DNA of 45,757 nucleotides from Candidatus Woesearchaeota archaeon (GTDB lineage Archaea; Nanobdellota; Nanobdellia; Woesearchaeales; GW2011-AR4), in the NCBI GenBank assembly GCA_018303645.1, contig JAGVXR010000058.1:1-45757 (forward strand). Direction: 5' to 3'. Below, piece after piece: positions 26,402 through 34,302 of this stretch (its first letter is position 1; every line of letters starts with the position of its first letter). The notes under the pieces were generated by a model, which had not been told where the DNA came from, ran no database searches, and saw only the letters and a list, made by a program, of their open reading frames with translations. A program made the translations under genes and the position numbers.

Positions 26402-26503
26402 TGGTTTAAATAGGTTTCTATGAGTGTATATTAAGTTAGTAGTAATCGACTATTATCGATTTTAACGAAGTATTTAAATACTTATTTTGTTCAGTGGTGT
26501 TTT

Positions 26504-27409
26504 ATGGCATTTATTGAATTCTTGATGGTAATCATTCTAATCCTACTTATAATAATCCTATTAAAGCTCAAGAAAAAACAAGAGCCTCAGCAAGTTGATA
26601 CCATGGCAAATCAACTCTTACTAAATCAATTAGAAAAAATAGAAAAAGAAATGGATAAAAAATCAAAAGATGATTCAGAAAGACAGGAAAAGATGGTTAA
26701 ATATGTTGAAGATAACATCTCTTCTTTTACCAGAACAATACATGGTACTAAAAGAAGAGGAAAAGTCGGAGAGTCTATACTCCAGGAAATGTTATCAGAA
26801 CCTATAAAATCTGGGTTAATAGTAACTGATTTAGATACGGATTCTGGAAAAGTCGAATTTGCTTGGGATTTAAAAAATGGAAAACATCTTCCAATAGACT
26901 CTAAATTACCTGAAGTAGAAAAACTTTACTCAGATTATGATAAAGCTGAGGATGCAGCAACCCAAACAAAATTAAAAAAGCAACTATTGAAACAGATTGA
27001 AGATAAAAAGAGTGAGGTTCAAAAATACTTAAATAATCATAATACAATTGATAAGTGCATAGTTGCTATACCAGATGCTATCTCTGACATGTTTCCCGAT
27101 ATAAATAAAGATGCTACTAGAACAGGAATATTTGTAGCTGGATATACTAAAGTATTTTTATTTGCATGCATACTAAGCGAGTACTACCTAAAATCTTTAG
27201 AAACTGGCGAAATAGGTGTATACAGAGATACAATTACATCATTAAAAAACATCCTCAAAGAAATAGAAGAGAGAACTAACACCATAAATCGTGGTATAGT
27301 TCAAATTTCTGGGGCTAACAAAAGTATACAAACAGAAGTTGATAAATCTATGAACAAAATTGGACAATTATCTATAATTAAGTTAAGTACAAAAAAGAAA
27401 ACCAAATAA
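26504..27409 (+). CDS. rmuC: RmuC-family DNA recombination protein
   Basis: N-terminal TM, coiled coil, KRRGKVGESILQEML and HLPIDSKLPEVEKLY motifs. Confidence 0.65.
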   Translation: MAFIEFLMVIILILLIIILLKLKKKQEPQQVDTMANQLLLNQLEKIEKEMDKKSKDDSERQEKMVKYVEDNISSFTRTIHGTKRRGKVGESILQEMLSEPIKSGLIVTDLDTDSGKVEFAWDLKNGKHLPIDSKLPEVEKLYSDYDKAEDAATQTKLKKQLLKQIEDKKSEVQKYLNNHNTIDKCIVAIPDAISDMFPDINKDATRTGIFVAGYTKVFLFACILSEYYLKSLETGEIGVYRDTITSLKNILKEIEERTNTINRGIVQISGANKSIQTEVDKSMNKIGQLSIIKLSTKKKTK

Positions 27410-27495
27410 ATCTTGGAAAATAATCAATGATAAGAAACCTTTATAAACACGCCCGATTTCTCCGAACTTAACAAATTTTGAGGTGTTTTTACTTT

Positions 27496-27720
27496 ATGGA
27501 ACCTGCAAGGCCGTTGGACGCATTGAACAAGGCAAGAGACAAAAGGATAATTGTTGAGCTGAAGAACAACAAGCAGTATATTGGCAAGCTCAAGTCATTT
27601 GACATCCACATCAATGTTGTTATTGAGGATGTTGAGGAAAGGGTTAATGGCGAGGTTACGAGGAAGCTTAATACAATTTTCATCAGGGGCGACACAATAA
27701 CCGTAATATCAACAGAATAG
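27496..27720 (+). CDS. Sm-like archaeal protein (LSm/SmAP)
   Basis: PLDALNKARDKRIIVELKNNKQYIGKLKSFDIHINVVIEDVEE...IFIRGDTITVI gives Sm1/Sm2 motifs. SD GAGGTG lies 10 nt upstream of the ATG. Confidence 0.9.
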   Translation: MEPARPLDALNKARDKRIIVELKNNKQYIGKLKSFDIHINVVIEDVEERVNGEVTRKLNTIFIRGDTITVISTE

Positions 27721-27747
27721 ATTTCTGGATTTATCGAGTGACTAAAA

Positions 27748-27843
27748 ATGAAAGGCACGCCATCAACTTTTTACAAAAAACTTGACCAAAAGTACGCAAG
27801 TGCTACATTTGCTTTGCAAAGTAGCACGAGGTGGAACAAATGA
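27748..27843 (+). CDS. 31-codon upstream ORF whose first six residues (MKGTPS) duplicate the L37e N-terminus
   Basis: MKGTPSTFYKKLDQKYASATFALQSSTRWNK. Its TGA overlaps the L37e ATG (ATGA). Weak SD GAGTGA upstream. Confidence 0.35.
   Translation: MKGTPSTFYKKLDQKYASATFALQSSTRWNK
27800..27827 (+). promoter_or_regulatory. 12-bp hairpin immediately upstream of the L37e SD
   Basis: GTGCTAC-A-TTTGC-TTT-GCAAA-GTAGCAC, followed by GAGGTGG (27828-27834) and ATG 27840. Confidence 0.4.
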
Positions 27844-28007
27844 AGGGAACCCCGTCTATGGGCGAGAAGTCCGGCAAGAAGAACATGATTTACTGCCGGC
27901 GCTGCGGACAAAGGAAAATGAACCTCCGCAAGGCGAAGTGCAGCTCATGCGGCTTCGGAAAAAGCGCAAGGCTAAGAAAGTACAACTGGCAGAAGAAGAT
28001 AAGGTAA
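27840..28007 (+). CDS. rpl37e: 50S ribosomal protein L37e
   Basis: MKGTPSMGEKSGKKNMIYCRRCGQRKMNLRKAKCSSCGFGKSARLRKYNWQKKIR, a C4 zinc ribbon. 55 aa, so absent from the ORF track. Conserved LSm-L37e gene pair. Confidence 0.9.
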   Translation: MKGTPSMGEKSGKKNMIYCRRCGQRKMNLRKAKCSSCGFGKSARLRKYNWQKKIR

Positions 28008-28278
28008 AAGATAGCTAATTTATTATTTCTTTTGGCAATGCAACAAATTCAATCACGAATAAAAAATTAATTCAAAGACGTCGCTTCCCAATAACGGCAA
28101 AGGAGCAATGGGAACCCAGCTCAGGACTGCATCGCTGGCAGTTTTCATGTATTTGCACCGAGGAGGAGTATGAGGAAAAATTACTTCGACAACATAATGC
28201 CGAGGCGCCAATATGATGTTGCCGAAGGCAACGGATTGAAATTTTAAGATATATATACTTCATAGTTATTTTTAGCAA

Positions 28279-28288
28279 CCTTTTTAAA
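28279..28288 (+). promoter_or_regulatory. BRE/TATA-like element CCTTTTTAAA upstream of tRNA-Leu
   Basis: The same 10-mer lies at the same distance (26 nt from element end to gene start) upstream of the tRNA at 34688. Confidence 0.5.
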
Positions 28289-28313
28289 CAATTATCTTTA
28301 TTTTCTCTTTTAT

Positions 28314-28397
28314 GCGGAGGTGCCGGAGCGGTCAAACGGGATAGGCTTAGGACCTATTGGCTTAGTGCCTACGCAGGTTCGAATCCTGTCCTCCGCA
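28314..28397 (+). tRNA. tRNA-Leu (anticodon UAG), class II with long variable arm
   Basis: Acceptor GCGGAGG/CCTCCGC, anticodon arm ATAGG-CTTAGGA-CCTAT, variable arm TGGCTTAGTGCCTAC, T arm CAGGTTCGAATCCTG. Confidence 0.9.
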
Positions 28398-28431
28398 TAA
28401 TTTAAATATAAGTTTTTATTCCTTTTTTACC

Positions 28432-28656
28432 ATGGGAAAGAAAGACAAGCCGAAAAAGATAAGCGCTAAGAAAGAAAGGTACAGCAAGTTCAGGAAGGAA
28501 AAGCCCTCTTCACTGACAGTTGCAATGCCGGACTTGAGCGAACAGCAGGCTATGGAAAAGCGGCAGGACGAGCAGCGCATCAGCATGTTCTGGCGCAGCT
28601 ACAGAAGGCCTCCGGAAAAGTTTGTCAGCGAAAGAAAGGCAAAAAGCAAAAGGTAA
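28432..28656 (+). CDS. Small lysine/arginine-rich hypothetical protein
   Basis: 74-aa highly basic ORF. Confidence 0.4.
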   Translation: MGKKDKPKKISAKKERYSKFRKEKPSSLTVAMPDLSEQQAMEKRQDEQRISMFWRSYRRPPEKFVSERKAKSKR

Positions 28657-28766
28657 TTCTGCTTATAAACAAAATAAAGTTGTTGCAGTAAAAAATACCC
28701 CAGTATAGTATTTTGTATACGACAAATCAAAAGCTTTTTATACCGAGTTAACCATAAGATTCATAC

Positions 28767-28925
28767 GTGGGGGTGGACATATTGTCATTTTTTTCTGATG
28801 ATGAGAAGCAGGATTTCATTACTGTAGATGGCAATATCTACACCCACAAGCAGATTGAAACCAGAAACGGCATCATATTCATGCGAATGAAAAAGAGGCT
28901 TCTGCCTATTTTAGACAATAAATGA
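28767..28925 (+). CDS. Possible small protein (non-ATG start)
   Basis: GTG 28767, GTG 28773 or TTG 28782 as start. ...DDEKQDFITVDGNIYTHKQIETRNGIIFMRMKKRLLPILDNK. Its TGA overlaps the next ATG (ATGA). Confidence 0.25.
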   Translation: MGVDILSFFSDDEKQDFITVDGNIYTHKQIETRNGIIFMRMKKRLLPILDNK

Positions 28926-29089
28926 AAGACAAGCAGCTTCTTAGGGTTTTAGTTATAGTGCTTATTGTATTTTTGGTTCTTAACATTGTATTTCTTGCTT
29001 TAAAAATCATCAGCGAGTTTTTTTTCTGGATTGTTATAGCTGTTATTGCGGTTTTTGCATATAAATACCTGCCGAAGATGAGGAAATGA
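28922..29089 (+). CDS. 55-aa two-TM membrane protein (hypothetical)
   Basis: MKDKQLLRVLVIVLIVFLVLNIVFLALKIISEFFFWIVIAVIAVFAYKYLPKMRK. Confidence 0.35.
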   Translation: MKDKQLLRVLVIVLIVFLVLNIVFLALKIISEFFFWIVIAVIAVFAYKYLPKMRK

Positions 29090-29091
29090 TT

Positions 29092-30069
29092 TTAATTAGC
29101 CTGATTTTTTGGCAAATACTGCTCTATAGAGGTAGGTATTCTAAATGATTCTTTGACTCCTTCGTCATACATTTTTTGCCTTTTTCCACTAGGCGGTATT
29201 CCTGCCAGATCTCTATACTTTGTAACAGCCCTTCTAGAAATTTTTCCTAATTTTTTTGATAATTCCTCATCGCTTAGGGCAATTCCTGATTTAATCTCAC
29301 TTCTCAGCACATTATTCAAACTAGGTAGAATGTTGTAGAGCGCCACTTGATCCAAATTAGGAAGCAGATAAAAAACAGGCAAAGTTACTTTACCATTTTG
29401 GGAGTCTATACAGACGCTTCTGTTTTTCAAAAGACGGTAATATGTTGAATGATGGTATGGAAGTTGCTCTAAATAGCCAATATTAGAGCGGGGCAGGGGA
29501 ATCAATTCTGAAGGGTCTAGTTTCAACAAAAATCCAGCTTGCCTTTTTCCAATTTGGAGGTAACAATCTTCCAAAGTCTTTACAATCCAGTTTCTTTGAC
29601 CTAATAGCCAAACAACCAATCTCTTAACATCACTTGTTAGCTGGTATTGCCTTAATTCCATCTTTGAAGGCTTAAAATGTTCTGCAGGCAGCATAGAAAA
29701 ATCCCCATAACCCCTTACATGATAAGTTATGTCAGGCAAAGCCATGGTTTTATCATCGACTTTTGCTTCTAGAACATCCCCAAAATGGAGTTTAACGCCC
29801 TCTGTCTTTCTGCCTTGAGTAATTCTGGTATTTGCAGTTGCAATGCCACCGCTTATTTCTTTAATGACACCACAATAGAATAGGGGATTGCCTCCGCCGC
29901 TGCCCTTTTCTGTTTTAAGCCTGCCCTCTACAATTTCTGGGTTGTTCAGAATAACATCTATGGTTCTGTCTATAACCAGAATAGGGATTTCAAACATTGC
30001 ATGATTTAATAATATTCTTCGCTCCTGAACAAGTTTTGGACTTTGAATAAGTCTTTGAGATAACCCCAT
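29092..30069 (-). CDS. Sigma-54 (RpoN)-like protein lacking the core-binding domain
   Basis: Region I-like LSQRLIQSPKLVQ...NNPEIVE. PDITYHV...VVWLLGQRNWIVKTLEDCYLQIGKRQAGFL. HTH-like HHSTYYRLLKN. RpoN box SRRAVTKYRDLAGIPPSGKR. TATA GTTTAAATAT (30091-30100) about 30 nt upstream of the ATG. Confidence 0.65.
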   Translation of the reverse strand: MGLSQRLIQSPKLVQERRILLNHAMFEIPILVIDRTIDVILNNPEIVEGRLKTEKGSGGGNPLFYCGVIKEISGGIATANTRITQGRKTEGVKLHFGDVLEAKVDDKTMALPDITYHVRGYGDFSMLPAEHFKPSKMELRQYQLTSDVKRLVVWLLGQRNWIVKTLEDCYLQIGKRQAGFLLKLDPSELIPLPRSNIGYLEQLPYHHSTYYRLLKNRSVCIDSQNGKVTLPVFYLLPNLDQVALYNILPSLNNVLRSEIKSGIALSDEELSKKLGKISRRAVTKYRDLAGIPPSGKRQKMYDEGVKESFRIPTSIEQYLPKNQAN

Positions 30070-30134
30070 AATTTATAGAGTAATAGCGGCATATTTAAAC
30101 CTTTTTATTGTAACAATGGAATAGTAGTAAATAA

Positions 30135-30395
30135 ACTCTTTAAGATTCAGAAAAGTTAGGGGCTTCGCTGCTGCCCAGCCAGCCTAAGCTGTCAGTTACA
30201 GTAATCCAGCACTTTTTTTAGACCACTTACGCAAGCAGAGGCTTAAATATTGCCTAGTTGACGTTTAGCCATTGCTCATTTAAGTTAACTTGCGCTCCCT
30301 TAAAGTGTTGCTTTGGCGTTAATCAATTTTAGCAAGTTGGTGTTAGATACTTTTAACTGTAAGTGAGTTTTACAGCTACGCACCCCCAAAGGCAT
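30135..30395. ncRNA. Candidate structured non-coding RNA locus (strand and class unresolved)
   Basis: 400-bp ORF-free gap with a locally GC-richer core. Promoter-like elements on both flanks: AACCTTTTTA at 30098-30107 reading +, TTTATAAATATA at 30409-30420 reading -. GGGG/CCCC ends and several 4-8 bp hairpins. Confidence 0.25.
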
Positions 30396-30469
30396 ATAAT
30401 TCTCTTTGTATATTTATAAATTTTGCATATAGAACTTATAGATTATATATAAAATAAAAGAAAAAAGGC

Positions 30470-30619
30470 TTATTTAGCCTTTCCGAGAATCCTGAAGACC
30501 TTTGTGCCGCATGCGCCGCACACTCCCTTCATGGCTCTCATGCCGTTCTTCATAGTGACTTCCTTGCCATCCTTAATCTCGACTTCTTTCCTGCACTTCA
30601 TGCATCTTCCTCTTGCCAT
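30470..30619 (-). CDS. Small zinc-ribbon protein (DUF5679-like)
   Basis: MARGRCMKCRKEVEIKDGKEVTMKNGMRAMKGVCGACGTKVFRILGKAK with CxxC...CxxC. SD GAGGTG lies 8 nt upstream of the ATG. 49 aa, below the track cutoff. Confidence 0.6.
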   Translation of the reverse strand: MARGRCMKCRKEVEIKDGKEVTMKNGMRAMKGVCGACGTKVFRILGKAK

Positions 30620-30739
30620 AGTGTATGCACCTCAAAATTTAAATAAATCTAGGATTTTTAAACCTATGAGTAGTCTGTATATTAAGTAATATATAAAGAT
30701 TTGGTTTTTTACGAGTAAATTGCTACTTTGAGGTTAGAA

Positions 30740-31405
30740 TCACTCCACAATCTCCAGCAACTCCTTGATGTCGTTTATCTCATAATCCGCCTTTGCGCCC
30801 TTGCCTTTTGGATTGCCGTACTTGGCAAAGCATGTCAGCATTCCAAGCTTCTTTGCCCCTTTAATGTCCCTTTCAGGCCTGTCTCCAACTACAAGGCACT
30901 CGCCTGGCTTGAATTTCAGCTTTTTTAAAGCCACTTCAAAAGGCTTTATGCTTGGCTTGAACTCCTTGGTATCATTAAATGTAACAACAACATCAAACAA
31001 ATGGTTGATTTTCATTGAAACAAGCCTTATCCATGCTTTCAATCTTGGAGCGTCAGAAACAATAGCCAGCTTTATACCTCTCCTCTTTAACTCAAACAAG
31101 ACATCGCTGACATGAGGATATGGCTCAAGAAAGCCTGCTCTTACTCTCCTATAAGCTACAATGCCGCTGGCTAAGATTTCATAATCAACTTTTTTTGTTA
31201 TTTTTTTTAAGAATTTTTGAAAAATTGTCTTTTCTTCCAAGCCGTACTTGCCGTAAAGGGAAAAAAGCTCCTTGACTGCCTTTTCTTTCTTCACATTCAA
31301 CCCAGCGTCAATCATTGAGGAAATTGCAGCATCGCAACTCAGTTTCTTCATAGTCATGAAGTCTATCAAAGTGTTGTCCAAGTCGAAGATGACTGATTTA
31401 ATCAT
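30740..31405 (-). CDS. HAD-superfamily hydrolase (phosphatase)
   Basis: VIFDLDNTLIDF (DxD), IVSDAP and VGDRPERDIKGAKKLGM motifs. Confidence 0.75.
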   Translation of the reverse strand: MIKSVIFDLDNTLIDFMTMKKLSCDAAISSMIDAGLNVKKEKAVKELFSLYGKYGLEEKTIFQKFLKKITKKVDYEILASGIVAYRRVRAGFLEPYPHVSDVLFELKRRGIKLAIVSDAPRLKAWIRLVSMKINHLFDVVVTFNDTKEFKPSIKPFEVALKKLKFKPGECLVVGDRPERDIKGAKKLGMLTCFAKYGNPKGKGAKADYEINDIKELLEIVE

Positions 31406-31601
31406 GAGTAAATGGTATTTTTATCATTATAAAAAGTTATTGAAAAATGAGGTAAAAATGAATAGCGATGAATTAGGTAATAAACAATATCAAAAATCCC
31501 AATAACGACAAAAATCAATCAAAAATAACGAGAGCGACTTTGCGCTGTAAACGTGATTAAAGTAATCCGCTTTTGATTTCATTTGTACAATGTATAGGTG
31601 A

Positions 31602-31657
31602 GGCGGAGAGGCTGTTGAAGGAAAACAATTGCAAAAACATTGCTCGCCTGTGCCGCC
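31602..31657 (-). terminator. Extended hairpin with internal T-runs in the 3' region of the hydrolase gene
   Basis: GGCGG/CCGCC (31602-31606, 31653-31657), AGGC/GCCT (31609-31612, 31646-31649) and GCAA/TTGC (31631-31643). On the minus strand it contains T5 and T4. Confidence 0.25.
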
Positions 31658-31714
31658 GAGCACTAGATTTTGGCGAAGCCAGATTGAATTTTTTATAAAT
31701 TATATAAAAATTGG

Positions 31715-32563
31715 CTATTTGATACTCTGCTCAAAAAACCCAATAACCCTTTTCTCATATTTTCCAGTATCAACAGAATGCGTCATTCCATGCTCTGCGT
31801 TTTTAACAATCCACAATTCAGCCTTTTTGTTTGCGTTGTGCAATAAATAAGCCTCTTTGACTGGAATTTGCGAGTCTTTTTCAGCATGTATGAGCAGGAT
31901 TGGAATTTCCAGATTTTTTATGCTTTCAACAGGGCTTGCATCATCAATATTTATTCTTAAAAATAAAATTCCATATAACTTTGTCAAATAAGCCAATGGA
32001 TATTTTAAAATAAAAAATATCCTGTACATATGCTTAACAATATTGCTTAGTTTTGCATATGCGCTGTCGGTTACAATAGCCTTTACATTTTCATGATTAA
32101 CCATCAATGCAACCGCCCCGCCAAGAGAAAACCCGTAAAGCCCGATTTTTGTCAAATTTTTTTCCTTCTCGAGATAGTTTATTGCTCCAATTATGTCATT
32201 TTTCTCCAAATAGCCTGCTGTAGTATAGCTTCCCTCGCTTTTTCCAAAGCTCCTGAAGTCAAACAAAAACACATTGAAGTCCTTCGTGAGAAACTCCGCA
32301 ATGCCAAGCAAATTTGCCTTGTCAGCAGGATAGCCGTGCATTACAATGACTGTTTTCTTGGTTTTATTGTTTGGAATAAGCCATCCGCTCAGCTTAATTC
32401 CATCAGCGCTTTTGAAAGTAATACCTTCGTATTCCAGCCCCAAATCAGAAGGCTCAATGTTGGTAATTATTTTTGGAGGATGTATTGACATAAAGAATGT
32501 GAACAGGGAGAATAGCACTAAAAATAATGCAATGAAGATTAAAATTTTAATTAATATCTGCAT
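31715..32563 (-). CDS. Alpha/beta-fold hydrolase with N-terminal TM anchor
   Basis: VMHGYPADK, nucleophile elbow GFSLGG, and C-terminal AEHG. Confidence 0.7.
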   Translation of the reverse strand: MQILIKILIFIALFLVLFSLFTFFMSIHPPKIITNIEPSDLGLEYEGITFKSADGIKLSGWLIPNNKTKKTVIVMHGYPADKANLLGIAEFLTKDFNVFLFDFRSFGKSEGSYTTAGYLEKNDIIGAINYLEKEKNLTKIGLYGFSLGGAVALMVNHENVKAIVTDSAYAKLSNIVKHMYRIFFILKYPLAYLTKLYGILFLRINIDDASPVESIKNLEIPILLIHAEKDSQIPVKEAYLLHNANKKAELWIVKNAEHGMTHSVDTGKYEKRVIGFFEQSIK

Positions 32564-32658
32564 ATTACTGATTTATTTTTGCTGTATAAAAATATTGCCA
32601 AAATTCTCAGCAGTAAGCATAGCAACCTTTAAAAACCAACTTCCATACCTGAAAATTA

Positions 32659-33729
32659 ATGGAAACTCTTGAATCCCTGAAATGGCTCAGGGAGCGCAAT
32701 CTTTATGATATTTCATCCAAGGCGGCGCTTTCCCTGAAAAAAGTATTTACTCCCTGCCTTGCTGTGAAGGACGAGAAATTGCTTATAGTGGGAGATATTG
32801 GATATGAAAACAGGAATGTGGCTGCGGTATTGTCCGGAGCCTATTATCTCGCAGCCGAGCAGCTCAAACTAGACGCAAAGCTGATTTTGCAGGATGTAAA
32901 GTCAAGAGGCGACGCCTCAGACGATGATGTTGTTAAAAATTTAGCGGAACTCCGACAAGGCAATATAATAATCCTGAACATGTCTGACAAGCTCGGCAAT
33001 ATACATCAGCTTGGAAAAAGCTTCAGGAGATGGGTTGCAAAAAAAAGCCACAGGTTTATCTCTGCAATGTCGCTTGGAGACTTGGCTACGAGCAACATAG
33101 AACTTATACTGAATGCTATTAATGTCAATTACAAGCCGCTGCAGGCGCAGCATGAGGAAATAAGGCAGAAATTTGAAAGAGCAAAGGAAGTCAGCATAAC
33201 AACACCAGCGGGAACTGACTTGTACTACAACAAAGGCGGGATAAAGGCGATTGCAGCAGACGGCAATTATACAATGCCCGGCACAGGAGGCAATCTGCCT
33301 GCAGGCGAAGTCTATGCACCCCCAAACGGGAAAAAAATAGAAGGCAAGGTTGTCATTGACGGCAGCTCAAGGACGCACGAGCATACGATACTGATAAAAA
33401 AACCCATAGAGCTTACAATTAAAGGGGGAGAGATAACGCAAATCAAAGGCGGCGATGAAGCCAAGCAGCTCGAGGCCACGCTTAAATGGGCTGCTTCTGT
33501 TGCAAAAAATCCCGGCAATGTGAGAAGAATATGCGAGCTTGGCATCGGCTTGAACCCAAATGCCTCGATAATAGGCGCAATGATTGTTGACGATAAAACC
33601 CTAGGGACAGCCCATATCGGGATCGGCTCAAATTACTGGTTTGGGGGCAATATATATGCAATCATCCATTTAGACCAAGTCTTTAAGAATCCTACAATTC
33701 ATTTGGATGGAGAATTACTCAAAATATAG
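32659..33729 (+). CDS. Aminopeptidase, M29 (AmpS/PepS)-like
   Basis: GNLPAGEVYAPP, VIDGS, ELGIGLNP and TAHIGIG motifs. Confidence 0.6.
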   Translation: METLESLKWLRERNLYDISSKAALSLKKVFTPCLAVKDEKLLIVGDIGYENRNVAAVLSGAYYLAAEQLKLDAKLILQDVKSRGDASDDDVVKNLAELRQGNIIILNMSDKLGNIHQLGKSFRRWVAKKSHRFISAMSLGDLATSNIELILNAINVNYKPLQAQHEEIRQKFERAKEVSITTPAGTDLYYNKGGIKAIAADGNYTMPGTGGNLPAGEVYAPPNGKKIEGKVVIDGSSRTHEHTILIKKPIELTIKGGEITQIKGGDEAKQLEATLKWAASVAKNPGNVRRICELGIGLNPNASIIGAMIVDDKTLGTAHIGIGSNYWFGGNIYAIIHLDQVFKNPTIHLDGELLKI

Positions 33730-33731
33730 GC

Positions 33732-33839
33732 TATTCCTCTTCTTCGTCTAGCTGCTGCATCCACTTCGGCAACTCTACTTTAGGATAATCCTTGTCAGAG
33801 CCTCCAAAATAAGCGCCTTTTTCCTTTAGCTTATCCATA
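33732..33839 (-). CDS. Possible 35-aa acidic small protein
   Basis: MDKLKEKGAYFGGSDKDYPKVELPKWMQQLDEEEE. TTTATATAT lies about 30 nt upstream of the ATG. Confidence 0.3.
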
Positions 33840-33949
33840 ATAAATCCATAATACTCTAAAATATATAAAGATTGTTTAGTAAGGTATAGTGACTACAAGC
33901 TTTAACTAAAAAGAAAAGTATTAAAAGAAATAGCCAAATTGACAGGCAG

Positions 33950-34294
33950 ATGGAATACAAGCAGGTAATCCTAGTCAGGGAGGATTTAAAACTGCCGAAA
34001 GGAAAGCTGGGCGCACAGGTTGCACACGCATCCGTAGATGCAACGCTGAAATCCGACAAAAAAATTGTTGATGCATGGAAAAAAGAAGGCGCAAAAAAGG
34101 TTGTTTTAAAAGTCAAGGATGAGAAAGAATTATTTAGGTATAAACAGATGGCTGAAGACATTGGATTGAAAACAGCTTTGATAAAAGATGCAGGGCATAC
34201 TGTCTTAGAACCCGGCACGATAACCTGCCTGGGCATTGGGCCGGACTTGGAGGAAAAAATTGATAAAGTTAGCGGAAAGCTCAATATGATGTAA
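33950..34294 (+). CDS. pth2: Peptidyl-tRNA hydrolase, archaeal/eukaryal type (Pth2)
   Basis: VILVREDLKLPKGKLGAQVAHASV...KKVVLKV...IKDAGHTVLEPGTITCLGIGP. Confidence 0.9.
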   Translation: MEYKQVILVREDLKLPKGKLGAQVAHASVDATLKSDKKIVDAWKKEGAKKVVLKVKDEKELFRYKQMAEDIGLKTALIKDAGHTVLEPGTITCLGIGPDLEEKIDKVSGKLNMM

Positions 34295-34302
34295 AACAAG
34301 CA

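Noticed and set aside
28072-28335. 87-aa minus-strand ORF
   Set aside because: It overlaps the tRNA-Leu gene and its promoter, has no motif, and has implausible composition.
30135-30395. Assignment of the ORF-free block to RNase P RNA or SRP RNA
   Set aside because: Only a loose resemblance (CAGAGGCTTA versus the RNase P CR-IV ACAGAA...GGCTTA) was found. There is no GAGGAAAGTCC-type CR-I, and no SRP helix-8 GGAA/AGCA motif. The class is left open.
33856-34299. 147-aa minus-strand ORF
   Set aside because: It is antisense to the clearly recognisable pth2 gene.
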